DNA of 64,000 bases. Origin: an uncultured Verrucomicrobiota bacterium. GTDB taxonomy: Bacteria > Verrucomicrobiota > Kiritimatiellia > RFP12 > UBA1067. The stretch spans positions 13,036-77,035 of the forward strand of contig CAMGEN010000003.1 in assembly GCA_946055075.1 (NCBI GenBank), given 5' to 3'. A model generated the notes under the pieces. That model was not told where the DNA came from, made no database searches, and saw only the letters and a list, made by a program, of their open reading frames with translations. Below are positions 18,085 through 27,531 of this stretch, piece by piece. Each line of letters starts with the position of its first letter. Positions within the stretch are counted from its first letter, which is position 1. A program made the position numbers and the translations under genes.

Positions 18085-19455
18085 ATGAATAAGTACATTG
18101 AACAGACCATCAAGGACCTCCGCGCCAAGAATGCGGACCAGCCGGAATTCCTCCAGGCCGCCGAAGAGGTTCTCTCGACCCTCGGTCCTGTCGTCGAGGC
18201 CCATCCCGAGTATCAGGCGAACGCGATTCTCGAGCGCATCGTCGAGCCGGAGCGCGTGATCATGTTCCGCGTCCCGTGGATCGACGACAAGGGCATCGTC
18301 CGCGTCAACCGCGGCTACCGCGTCCAGTACAACTCCGCGATCGGTCCGTTCAAGGGCGGTCTCCGTTTCGACCCGACCGTGAATCTCTCGGTCCTCAAGT
18401 TCCTCGGCTTCGAGCAGATCTTCAAGAACTCCCTCACCACCCTTCCGATGGGCGGCGGCAAGGGCGGATCCGACTTCAACCCGAAGCAGAGCCCCCACAC
18501 CCCCGGCCAGCGCTGCAGCGACCGCGAGGTGATGCGCTTCTGCCAGAGCTTCATGACCGAGCTCTTCCGTCACATCGGTCCCGATACCGACGTTCCCGCC
18601 GGCGACATGAACGTGGGCGGCCGTGAGATCGGCTACATGTACGGCCAGTACCGCAAGATCCGCAACGACTGGACGGGCGTGCTGACGGGCAAAGGCCTCT
18701 CCTTCGGCGGCTCGCTGATCCGTCCCGAGGCGACCGGCTACGGCTGCGTCTACTTCGCCGAGAACATGCTTGCGACGAAGAAGCAGAGCTTCAAGGGCAA
18801 AGTCTGCGCGATCTCCGGTTCGGGCAACGTCGCTTCCTTCGCCGCGCAGAAGCTCATCCAGCTCGGCGCGAAGGTCGTCACCCTTTCCGACCGTTCTGGC
18901 GCGATCTACATCAAGTCCGGCATCTCGCAGAAGGACCTCGAGAAGGTCATGTTCCTCAAGACGGTCACCCGCGGCGAGCTCGCCGACATCGCCAAGGAGA
19001 TCAAGGGCGCGAAGTTCGTCAAGGGCGTCAACTCCTGGCAGATCGTCGACAAGGTCGACTGCGCCTTCCCGTGCGCCCGTCAGAACGAGCTCAACGGCGC
19101 TGACGCCGCGTACCTCCTGAAGCACGGCTGCAAGCTCGTCGCCGAAGGCGCCAACATGCCTTCCACGCCGGACGCGGTCGAGGCATTCCTCAAGGCCGGC
19201 ATCCTCTACGCGCCGGGCAAGGCGTCCAACGCCGGCGGCGTCGCCACCTCTGGTCTCGAGATGTCGCAGAACTCCGAGCGTCTCTCCTGGAGCGCCAAGG
19301 AGGTCGATGCCAAGCTCAAGGGCATCATGGCTGCCATCCATAACAACGCCTACGAGGCCGCCGCGAAGTACGGCCACAAGGGCAACTACGTGATGGGCGC
19401 CAACATCGCCGGCTTCACCAAGGTCGCTGACGCGATGGTCGCTCAGGGCATCTGA
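18085..19455 (+). CDS. gdhA: NADP-specific glutamate dehydrogenase
   Basis: 456 aa, with GGGKGG and the other Glu/Leu/Phe/Val dehydrogenase signatures. Confidence 0.95.
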   Translation: MNKYIEQTIKDLRAKNADQPEFLQAAEEVLSTLGPVVEAHPEYQANAILERIVEPERVIMFRVPWIDDKGIVRVNRGYRVQYNSAIGPFKGGLRFDPTVNLSVLKFLGFEQIFKNSLTTLPMGGGKGGSDFNPKQSPHTPGQRCSDREVMRFCQSFMTELFRHIGPDTDVPAGDMNVGGREIGYMYGQYRKIRNDWTGVLTGKGLSFGGSLIRPEATGYGCVYFAENMLATKKQSFKGKVCAISGSGNVASFAAQKLIQLGAKVVTLSDRSGAIYIKSGISQKDLEKVMFLKTVTRGELADIAKEIKGAKFVKGVNSWQIVDKVDCAFPCARQNELNGADAAYLLKHGCKLVAEGANMPSTPDAVEAFLKAGILYAPGKASNAGGVATSGLEMSQNSERLSWSAKEVDAKLKGIMAAIHNNAYEAAAKYGHKGNYVMGANIAGFTKVADAMVAQGI

Positions 19456-19473
19456 TAGGTCGCATGTCCATTT

Positions 19474-19530
19474 GCGGCGCCGGGGGAATTTTCGTATTTG
19501 TTGAGCCCCCGACGCCGCTATTTCGCTTTT
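19474..19530 (+). terminator. stem-loop plus T-rich tract after gdhA
   Basis: GCGGCGCCGGGGG-18 nt-GCCCCCGACGCCGC, then TATTTCGCTTTT. Only about 30 nt before the nfnA start. Confidence 0.6.
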
Positions 19531-19561
19531 CACCATCAACAAATACGCAACAACAAATACG

Positions 19562-20416
19562 ATGAACAAAATCCTTAAGAAGCGCCGGCTGTCCGAAAAC
19601 GTGTACCGGATGGACCTCGAGGCGCCGCTGATCGCACGCAACCGCAAGGCTGGGCAGTTCGTCATCCTGATGGTCGACGCCGACAGGGGCGAGCGCATTC
19701 CGCTCACCATCGCCGATGCCGATGCGGAGCGCGGCACAATCACCATCATCTTCCAGACCGTCGGCGCGACCACGCTGAAGCTCGCTAAGCTCGGCGAAGG
19801 CGATTCGCTTCCCGCCGTCCTCGGTCCGCTCGGCCGTCCCACCCACATCTCCGGTCCCGGCCGCCGCATCGTCTGCGTAGGCGGCGGTATCGGCGTCGCG
19901 CCGATGCATCCGATCGCCCAGGCGTTCAAGGCCGCCGGTAACGACGTCACCATCATCATGGGAGCCAGGACGAAGGAGCTCTTCGTAATGGAGGAGGAGA
20001 TGCGCGCCATCGCCGGCGACAAGCTCGTGCTGATGACGGACGACGGTTCCACGGGACGCAAGGGACTCGTCACCGAGCCCCTCAAGGAGCTTTGCGAGGC
20101 GAAGCTGGTTGACGAGGTCATCGCCATCGGTCCGCCGATCATGATGAAGTTCTGCGCCAAGACCACCGAGCCCTACGGCGTGAAGACCACCGTCTCGCTC
20201 AATACGATCATGATCGACGGCACCGGCATGTGCGGCGGCTGCCGCGTCTCCGTCGGTGGAGAGACGAAGTTCGTCTGCGTCGACGGGCCGGAGTTCGACG
20301 GACACCAGGTCGACTGGGATCTGATGCTCAAGCGCATGGGCGCGTTCAAGCCGCAGGAGGTCTGGGCCAAGGAACACGTCTGCAACATGCTGAAGGCCGC
20401 GGAAGGCGAAAGGTAA
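19562..20416 (+). CDS. nfnA: ferredoxin-NADP+ reductase-like small subunit (NfnA/SudB type; FAD/NAD-binding with C-terminal 2Fe-2S)
   Basis: 284 aa with a PyrK-like fold and a C-terminal CGGCRV cluster. Sits immediately upstream of a GltD-like subunit. Confidence 0.75.
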   Translation: MNKILKKRRLSENVYRMDLEAPLIARNRKAGQFVILMVDADRGERIPLTIADADAERGTITIIFQTVGATTLKLAKLGEGDSLPAVLGPLGRPTHISGPGRRIVCVGGGIGVAPMHPIAQAFKAAGNDVTIIMGARTKELFVMEEEMRAIAGDKLVLMTDDGSTGRKGLVTEPLKELCEAKLVDEVIAIGPPIMMKFCAKTTEPYGVKTTVSLNTIMIDGTGMCGGCRVSVGGETKFVCVDGPEFDGHQVDWDLMLKRMGAFKPQEVWAKEHVCNMLKAAEGER

Positions 20417-20425
20417 GGTGAAGCG

Positions 20426-21838
20426 ATGACAGCAAAAGAGAAAATGGCCATTCCCGCGCAGGCGATGCCCGAACAGGACCCCGCGGTCCGCGCCCGCAAC
20501 ATGAACGAGGTCGCGCTCGGCTATTCCGCCGAGCAGGCGAAATGCGAGGCGAGCAGGTGCCTGCAGTGTCCGACCAAGCCCTGCATGCAGGGCTGCCCGG
20601 TGGCGATCGACATCCCCGCCTTCCTCGCGAAGGCCGCGGACGGCGATTTCGCCGGCGCGCTCGAGATTATCAGGAAGACATCGCTACTGCCGGCGGTGTG
20701 CGGACGCGTCTGCCCGCAGGAGAAGCAGTGCCAGAAGTTCTGCACCATGGGCAAGCTCCTCAAGGACGTCGAGAAGTCCGTCGCCATCGGACGCGTCGAG
20801 CGCTTCTGCGCCGATTTCGCCGCGGCGAACGGCGCCGGCGCGACAACCGCCCCGGCCGCGAAGAGCGGCAAGCGCATCGCGGTGATCGGCTCGGGTCCCG
20901 CCTCGATCACCTGCGCGGCGGACTGCGCGCGCTCGGGACACGACGTCACGATGTTCGAGGCCTTCCACAAGTGCGGCGGCGTGCTGGTCTACGGCATCCC
21001 CGAGTTCCGTCTCCCCAAGGCGATCGTCCAGCGCGAGATCGACGGACTCAAGGCCATGGGCGTGAAGATCGAAACCAACTTCTGCGTCGGCCGCACCGAG
21101 AAGGTCCAGGAGCTGCTCAAGGAATTTGACGCGGTCTTCGTCGGCACCGGCGCCGGACTCCCCAAGTTCATGGGCATCGACGGCGAGAACCTCAACGGCG
21201 TCTTCAGCGCCAACGAGTACCTCACGCGCGCCAACCTCATGAAGGCCTATGACGAAGGCAACGCCGACACGCCCTTCTGGCACAGCAAGCGCGTCGCGGT
21301 CCTCGGCGGCGGCAACGTCGCGATGGACGCCGCCCGCATGGCGCTGCGCCTCGGCGCCGAACAGGTCTACCTCATCTACCGCCGTTCGCTGGACGAAATG
21401 CCGGCGCGGCGCGAGGAGATCCACCACGCGAAAGAGGAAGGCGTCGACTTCAGGATGCTTCAGAACGCCAAGCGTATCCTCGGCGACGAGACCGGCAAGG
21501 TCGTCGGCATCGAGTGCCTCCAGTACGAGCTCGGCGAACCCGACGCCTCCGGGCGCCGCTCGCCGGTCGCGATTCCCGGCAGCGAATTCACGCTGGACGT
21601 CGACACGGTCATCGTGGCAGTCGGCAACGCGTCCAATCCGCTGATCCCCGCGACGACGGACGGACTCGAGGTCAACAAGCGCGGCAACATCGTCGTCGAC
21701 CCCGAAACGAACATGACATCGATCCCCGGCGTCTTCGCGGGCGGCGACATCGTGCTCGGCGCCGCCACGGTGATTCTCGCGATGGGCGAAGGACGCCGCG
21801 CGGCCGCCGGCATCAACGATTACCTCTCCGACAGATAA
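20426..21838 (+). CDS. nfnB: GltD-family NADPH oxidoreductase large subunit (NfnB/SudA type)
   Basis: 470 aa with two N-terminal 4Fe-4S Cys clusters and the dinucleotide motifs GSGPAS and GGGNVAMD. Confidence 0.8.
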   Translation: MTAKEKMAIPAQAMPEQDPAVRARNMNEVALGYSAEQAKCEASRCLQCPTKPCMQGCPVAIDIPAFLAKAADGDFAGALEIIRKTSLLPAVCGRVCPQEKQCQKFCTMGKLLKDVEKSVAIGRVERFCADFAAANGAGATTAPAAKSGKRIAVIGSGPASITCAADCARSGHDVTMFEAFHKCGGVLVYGIPEFRLPKAIVQREIDGLKAMGVKIETNFCVGRTEKVQELLKEFDAVFVGTGAGLPKFMGIDGENLNGVFSANEYLTRANLMKAYDEGNADTPFWHSKRVAVLGGGNVAMDAARMALRLGAEQVYLIYRRSLDEMPARREEIHHAKEEGVDFRMLQNAKRILGDETGKVVGIECLQYELGEPDASGRRSPVAIPGSEFTLDVDTVIVAVGNASNPLIPATTDGLEVNKRGNIVVDPETNMTSIPGVFAGGDIVLGAATVILAMGEGRRAAAGINDYLSDR

Positions 21839-21860
21839 CCGCAACCGCCGATCACGCATT

Positions 21861-21902
21861 CAGGCGCCCCGCCGTAACGAAGGCGGGGCGCCTGGTTCTT
21901 TT
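21861..21902. terminator. rho-independent terminator between convergent nfnB and bioB
   Basis: CAGGCGCCCCGCC-gtaacgaa-GGCGGGGCGCCTG, followed by GTTCTTTT. Confidence 0.85.
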
Positions 21903-21911
21903 AGCGGACGA

Positions 21912-22913
21912 TCACCCTCGTCCGCACGGCCCGAAACCGTAACCGGCGTCCAGCGCCAGCTGACGGTCATCGGCGAAGACCGCTCCCGGCGTCGTAAGAA
22001 GCGGACCCGCGATACCCGCCGAAATACCGACGTAGACCGCCCGCGCCGCCGTCGTGTCGCTCATGTCACGACGTCCGCCCGCGAAACGAAGCGCCGTCCG
22101 GGGATTCACCAGCCGCAGAACTGCGATGCCAGTGAGGATCTGCTCCTCCGTCGGCAATGGACTGTCGCCAAGCGGCGTTCCGGGAATCGGATGAAGGAAA
22201 TTCACGGGTATCGAATCCGGAGCGATCTCCTTCAGCGCGAAGGCGAATTCGACGAGTTCTTCCTGAGATTCACCCATGCCTAGGATACCTCCGCAGCAAA
22301 TCTGCAGACCGACCCTTCTCGCCGCGAGAAGCGTCCGCCGCTTCTCCTCGACCGTATGCGTCGAGCAAAGCGACGGAAAACGCGAAGGAGCGGTCTCAAG
22401 ATTACAGTGAAAACGCCGCAATCCCGCCTCCTTCAGCCGCACGAGCGCGGTCTCGGACAGCAGGCCGAGCGATGCGCACGGACAGAGATCGGTTTCCTTA
22501 GCGATACGACCGACCGCCTCGGCGATCACCTCGACTTCGCGTTCGGAAAGCGCCCTACCGGACGTCACCAGACCGAAACGGACCGCTCCGTTAGCAGCCG
22601 CCTCCTTCGCGGCCGCGACACACTCTTCCGCGGTACGAAGCCCCCACTCGTCGCAGCAGGTACGCCAACGGGCGGACTGCGCGCACCACTTGCAGTCCTC
22701 GCTGCACTTCCCGCTGCGCGCGTTCATGATCGAACAGAAGTCGAATGACTTCGCCTTGAACGCCTCGGTCACCCGGTGAGCGGCTTCGTACAGAGCCTCC
22801 TGGGGAGCGGTGGCGAGAAGCACGCGAACCTCCCGCTCCGTCAACTCGGCTCCGGAAAGGATCTTTTCCACCGCCGTCTCCGGCGTGATTCCGGATCGTG
22901 AATCCTCAGTCAT
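21912..22913 (-). CDS. bioB: biotin synthase
   Basis: Radical-SAM motif GKCSEDCKWCAQS. Overlaps the upstream bio gene by 8 nt. Confidence 0.9.
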   Translation of the reverse strand: MTEDSRSGITPETAVEKILSGAELTEREVRVLLATAPQEALYEAAHRVTEAFKAKSFDFCSIMNARSGKCSEDCKWCAQSARWRTCCDEWGLRTAEECVAAAKEAAANGAVRFGLVTSGRALSEREVEVIAEAVGRIAKETDLCPCASLGLLSETALVRLKEAGLRRFHCNLETAPSRFPSLCSTHTVEEKRRTLLAARRVGLQICCGGILGMGESQEELVEFAFALKEIAPDSIPVNFLHPIPGTPLGDSPLPTEEQILTGIAVLRLVNPRTALRFAGGRRDMSDTTAARAVYVGISAGIAGPLLTTPGAVFADDRQLALDAGYGFGPCGRG

Positions 22914-24879
22914 TACGCACCTCGGTTTCTCTTGTCTTCCCGCCGGTCGACCCGACCGAACCTGTCGTTTCCCGTGAAGAACGAACGACGCCCGCGATCG
23001 CCGCCGCGGCCATTCTGAGCTGTTCCGGTTCGTGCGCGCTCATCAGCGCGACGCGCAGCCGAGCCGTACCGCGGGCGACGGTCGGATAACGTATGGCCGG
23101 CACGATGACGCCCGCGCGCTCCAGCGCCGCACTGGCGGCAAGCGCCTTCCGCTCGTCTCCGATCAGGACAGGCACGATTGCCGACTCGCTCCGCACCGGG
23201 ACTCCGAGTCGGTTCAGTTCACCGACGAAGAGACCGACATTCCCGCGCAGACGCGCGACACGCCCGGGATCCGCCGCCAGCACACGGAGCGCGGCATGGG
23301 CAGCCGCCATCGCCGCGGCGCAAGGTGCCGTCGAGAAGATGAAGGATCGCGAAACGTTGCGAAGATAGTCGATCAGGAGCCGTGAGCCGCAGACAAACCC
23401 TCCCTCTGCGCCAAGCGCCTTCGACAGCGTGCCGACCAATACATCCGGATGCCCGCAACCGTAGTGTTCGGACAACCCTCTTCCAGTCGCACCGACGACA
23501 CCCGTCGCATGCGCCTCGTCAACCACCGAGAAGGCGTCGTACCGACGGGTGACCTCAAGGAACCGAGGCAGATCCAGCAGATCTCCGTCCATCGAGAACA
23601 CGCCGTCCGAAACGGCGAGCCGATGACGTCGCCCGCGGCATAGCGCAAGCTTGCGCTCGAGATCGTCCAGATCGCCGTGACGATAGACGAAGACATCCGC
23701 TCCCGACAGCCTGCAGCCGTCGATTATCGAAGCGTGGTTAAGCTCGTCGGAAACGACGGCGTCGCCTTTTCCGACAAGCGCCGAGATGACTCCGACGTTC
23801 GCCATGTAACCGGTTCCGTAGACCAAAGCGTCCTCCGACCCCTTGAACGCGGCAAGCTCCTGCTCCAGCTCGACATGCGGCGGCTGCGTACCCGTCGTCA
23901 GACGCGCGCCTCCGGAACCTGCGCCCCAGGCCGCCGCCGCCTCGGCGGCCGCTGAGGTGACGCGCGGATCACGTGCGAGATCTAGGTAGTCGTTCGACGC
24001 CAGGACGAGACAGGTTCTTCCCCCGACGACGGCGGTCGGACCGGTCGGCGACGCGAACGTCCGACAGGAGCGCGAAAGCCCGTCCCTGGCACGCGTGTCC
24101 AGCGTCGCCCGCAGACCGTCGAATCTATGCTCCTCCCGCGAAGCAGCAAGAACGGGAACGTCGGTCACCAGCACTGGCGTCCGTTCGAGGAAACGGAGCG
24201 TTTCCGAGACCTGATCACGCGGACCGCGATACAGGAAGATGCGGCCTCCGTTCGGATCCCCCTTCTCCTTGATGACGGTGATACGACGGTAACCTAGTTC
24301 ACGCGTCGCCACATACCCGGTCACGTAGTCGGGATCGTCCGACACACAGATCTCTCCCACGATGCCGGGCGCGTACTGGACCTTGGTCGCGAGCACGATC
24401 GCCTCAGAATAATGGTCCTTGACGGCAGCCAACCCCTTCTCCAATGAGGCGACGTCGTCCATATAGGTCGCGCGGACCCCGCGGGCGGGATCAGGATCGA
24501 GGCGCTCGAGGGTGTCGGCGTCAAGCAGCATTGCTCCGCGCAGCGAATGACTTTCCGGGAAACGCGCGAGGATTTCGGCGATACGGGATATTCCCGCCGT
24601 GGCAAGCAGCTCGCCCGCGAGACGACGTCCCTCCTCGGCGGAAGTTGTAACATGAGTCGTCACCGCCAGCGAAGGGATCCGCATGATCGACTCCGGCCCG
24701 GACTCGACCTTGATGTTCAGGAAATCCGGTGCGCCCTTCGGATGCGACAGCGCGCGAGAGGCAAGAAGCGCGGCGACCTTCGGTACCGAACCGACGGGAA
24801 CGATCTTCTCCGCTCCCGAGACATGCACTCCGCCCCGCGAGGCGCGCATCTTGACCGAACAGAGATGCTCGTCACTCAT
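22906..24879 (-). CDS. fusion of 6-carboxyhexanoate-CoA ligase (BioW) and 8-amino-7-oxononanoate synthase (BioF)
   Basis: The N-terminal ~250 aa carry SVKMRAS...SDDPDYVTGYVA, as in Bacillus BioW. The C-terminal ~390 aa form a PLP alpha-oxoamine synthase (TLSKALGAEGG). Confidence 0.85.
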   Translation of the reverse strand: MSDEHLCSVKMRASRGGVHVSGAEKIVPVGSVPKVAALLASRALSHPKGAPDFLNIKVESGPESIMRIPSLAVTTHVTTSAEEGRRLAGELLATAGISRIAEILARFPESHSLRGAMLLDADTLERLDPDPARGVRATYMDDVASLEKGLAAVKDHYSEAIVLATKVQYAPGIVGEICVSDDPDYVTGYVATRELGYRRITVIKEKGDPNGGRIFLYRGPRDQVSETLRFLERTPVLVTDVPVLAASREEHRFDGLRATLDTRARDGLSRSCRTFASPTGPTAVVGGRTCLVLASNDYLDLARDPRVTSAAAEAAAAWGAGSGGARLTTGTQPPHVELEQELAAFKGSEDALVYGTGYMANVGVISALVGKGDAVVSDELNHASIIDGCRLSGADVFVYRHGDLDDLERKLALCRGRRHRLAVSDGVFSMDGDLLDLPRFLEVTRRYDAFSVVDEAHATGVVGATGRGLSEHYGCGHPDVLVGTLSKALGAEGGFVCGSRLLIDYLRNVSRSFIFSTAPCAAAMAAAHAALRVLAADPGRVARLRGNVGLFVGELNRLGVPVRSESAIVPVLIGDERKALAASAALERAGVIVPAIRYPTVARGTARLRVALMSAHEPEQLRMAAAAIAGVVRSSRETTGSVGSTGGKTRETEVRND

Positions 24880-26176
24880 GGAAACCGTCCTCTGCCGGCG
24901 GCGGACCGGGAGGTGCAGAAGCCAGGTCCGTCATGGCATCCACGATGCGGTCGGCAGTCGCCCCGTCCGTAATCAGCGGCGGCATCGCATAGATGAAATT
25001 GCAAAACGGACGCAGCCAGACTCCGTGCGTACGGATAACTCGCTCGATATCGGCTACGGACGGCAGCCGTCCGACCTCGACGACTGCAGCGGCACCGAGC
25101 ACCCGCACGTCCGCTACGTTCGGACGTCCGCGTAACGGCGCCAGCCCGTCGGCGAAACGGCGCTCGAGACGCCGGACCGATGCTTCGTATCCACCCGCGG
25201 CGAAGAGATCCAGCGATGCGCACGCGGCCGCGCAAGCAAGCGGATTCGCCATATAAGTCGGACCGTGCATAAAGGCGGCCGGCCGGCCGTTCGAGATGAC
25301 GTCTGCGACCCTGGCGGTAGTCAGCGTCGCGGCCAGGGTGAGATGTCCGCCGGTCAGAGCCTTGCCGATGGTCATGACGTCGGGGACGATTCCAGCGCGC
25401 GTATGCGCCCAGCGCGGCCCCGTGCGGTAACAACCAGCCGCGATTTCGTCGAAGATCAGCAGTAGGCCGTACTCGTCGCAGATCTCGCGCATCGCCTTCA
25501 GATATGCCGGGTGATAGAAGTTCATCGCATTCGCGGCCTGAAAACAGGGTTCGCAGATAATCGCGGCGATTTCGTCCGCATGCTCTTCGACGATCCTCCT
25601 GAGCGAGGAGACGTCCGCGGCATCCCATGCCGCGTCAATCGCGACCGTAGGCTTCTCGGCGAAGAAATGCGGCGACATGAGCCCCTTGAAGAGCGTATGC
25701 ATGCCGTCGGGATCAGAGAGAGCCATGCAGAGCGATGTGTCGCCATGGTAACCGCCCTTAAGCGCCACGAGCCTGTTCCGCCCGGGACGACCGAGCGCGG
25801 ACTGGTACTGCACCGCCATCTTCGCCGCGACCTCTACGGAAATCGAACCCGAATCCGCGAAGAAGACGCGGTCGAGACCCGGCGGCGCGAAAGCGGCGAG
25901 CTTCTCCGCCAGTTCGATCGCGGGCTCATGCGTAAAGCCGCCGAACATCACATGACTCAGCCGTTCGGACTGATGCCTGACCGCCTCGACGATCGCGGGG
26001 TGACTGTATCCGTGGGCGACACACCACCAGCTCGAAACGGCGTCGACAAGCCGCGTCCCGTCGGCAAGCTCGATCTCGACGCCTGACGCCGACCTGGCCA
26101 TCCTCACCGGCGGCGGATTGCCGAGCGAGGCATAGGGATGCCAGATGTGCGTGCGGTCGTATTCCAATGCCGTCAT
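24872..26176 (-). CDS. bioA: adenosylmethionine-8-amino-7-oxononanoate aminotransferase
   Basis: Class III aminotransferase of 434 aa (DEIAAGCYRTG, TIGKALTGG). Lies in the bio context. Confidence 0.9.
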   Translation of the reverse strand: MTALEYDRTHIWHPYASLGNPPPVRMARSASGVEIELADGTRLVDAVSSWWCVAHGYSHPAIVEAVRHQSERLSHVMFGGFTHEPAIELAEKLAAFAPPGLDRVFFADSGSISVEVAAKMAVQYQSALGRPGRNRLVALKGGYHGDTSLCMALSDPDGMHTLFKGLMSPHFFAEKPTVAIDAAWDAADVSSLRRIVEEHADEIAAIICEPCFQAANAMNFYHPAYLKAMREICDEYGLLLIFDEIAAGCYRTGPRWAHTRAGIVPDVMTIGKALTGGHLTLAATLTTARVADVISNGRPAAFMHGPTYMANPLACAAACASLDLFAAGGYEASVRRLERRFADGLAPLRGRPNVADVRVLGAAAVVEVGRLPSVADIERVIRTHGVWLRPFCNFIYAMPPLITDGATADRIVDAMTDLASAPPGPPPAEDGFHE

Positions 26177-26856
26177 CCGAAGATCTCCGTGAAACCGATG
26201 TCAGGATAAGGTCCGTCCGGATCGAACCTCGGAACACGCACGACGACGGGCGGAAGCCCCCATCGCGCGAGATACCGACGCGTCGTTTCCGGCGTGTCGC
26301 GATCGATAAGCGGATCGACCCCGTCGCACCAGTTGTAGACGACACCCGCGACCGGAAGCCCCCGCGTCCTCGCCGCCTCAAGCGAAAGCAGCGTGTGATT
26401 CACCGATCCGAGACGGCCGCAGGTCACGAGCACGAGCGGCCACCCTTCCGACGCGGCGACATCGACGGAAAGCAGTTCGGACGTGAGAGGCACATGGAGT
26501 CCTCCGGCGGATTCGACGAGTACGATCTCATGTCGCTCGGCGCAGCTGCGCACGGCCCCGACGATCGCATCGACGTCAACCGTACGGCCCTCGAGCGAGG
26601 CCGCCAGCATCGGAGAAGACGGAAACCTGAACACCTGGGGCGCGGTAAGCCCGGCCTCGTCTTCCGGAAACCTGCGACCACCGCAGATCGCACGGTGCAC
26701 GTCGATATCCTCGGAACCGCCGACGTTTCCGGTCTGCACGAACTTGACGGTGATGACGTCACGGCCGCCCGCCGCAAGCGCACGGGCCATCAGACCGGTC
26801 ACAACGGTCTTGCCTACACCGGTGTCGATACCGGATACGAAATAGACCTTTCCCAT
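26173..26856 (-). CDS. bioD: dethiobiotin synthetase
   Basis: Start at MGKVYFVSGIDTGVGKT (P-loop). Its ATG shares one nucleotide with the thiE stop codon. Confidence 0.85.
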   Translation of the reverse strand: MGKVYFVSGIDTGVGKTVVTGLMARALAAGGRDVITVKFVQTGNVGGSEDIDVHRAICGGRRFPEDEAGLTAPQVFRFPSSPMLAASLEGRTVDVDAIVGAVRSCAERHEIVLVESAGGLHVPLTSELLSVDVAASEGWPLVLVTCGRLGSVNHTLLSLEAARTRGLPVAGVVYNWCDGVDPLIDRDTPETTRRYLARWGLPPVVVRVPRFDPDGPYPDIGFTEIFG

Positions 26857-27494
26857 CAGCTCCGTCCTCCTTCCCCGTCGAGCGTACGCGCGGCGATCTC
26901 CTTCAGCCTGCAAATAGCTCCGAACGGATCGTCGGAGGCGCAGACGGCGCGGACGACCGAATAGTTCCTAGCGCCGGCCCTGAGGAGCGCTGGAAGGCGT
27001 TCGAAGTCGATGCCGCCGATGCAGACCGCAGGGAACGGGACGCTCTTCGCCATCGCGACCGCAGTCTCGACTCCCAGCGTAGGATCGGGAATGTCCTTCG
27101 TCGGCGTCGCCCATACGGGACCGCAGCCGATGTAGTCCGGCTTCTGCGCGATCGCGTCCCGCGCCTGGTCGGGATTGTGCGTGGAGAGTCCGACGATCTT
27201 CAATGACGGATACTTCGCGCGAACTTCGGCGACGGACATGTCATCCTGTCCCACATGCACGCCGTCCGCCCCGACTTCGGCCGCAACAGACGGATCGTCG
27301 TTCACGATGAAGACCGTGTCCGTTCCAGCCGTCACGGCACGGACCTTCTTCGCCATCGCCACGACCTCCTCGCGCGGACTGTGCTTCATCCGGAGCTGAA
27401 TGATCTTCACGCCCGCCTTCACCGCGGCCTTCGCGCATTCGACGTACCCGACCTTCGGATTCGTCATCACCAGATAAAAGCCAATATCTTCCAT
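26856..27494 (-). CDS. thiE: thiamine-phosphate synthase
   Basis: Start at MEDIGFYLVMTNP (27494). TMP-synthase-like fold (IQLRMK..., VGLSTHN, IGCGPVWATPTK). Confidence 0.85.
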   Translation of the reverse strand: MEDIGFYLVMTNPKVGYVECAKAAVKAGVKIIQLRMKHSPREEVVAMAKKVRAVTAGTDTVFIVNDDPSVAAEVGADGVHVGQDDMSVAEVRAKYPSLKIVGLSTHNPDQARDAIAQKPDYIGCGPVWATPTKDIPDPTLGVETAVAMAKSVPFPAVCIGGIDFERLPALLRAGARNYSVVRAVCASDDPFGAICRLKEIAARTLDGEGGRS

Positions 27495-27531
27495 GACCGT
27501 CCCCTCTTCCCCGTTCACCGCAACCTGCTCG

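Noticed and set aside
18040-20166. 708-aa minus-strand ORF opposite gdhA and nfnA
   Set aside because: Antisense shadow ORF that spans two real genes and their intergenic terminator. It has low-complexity composition.
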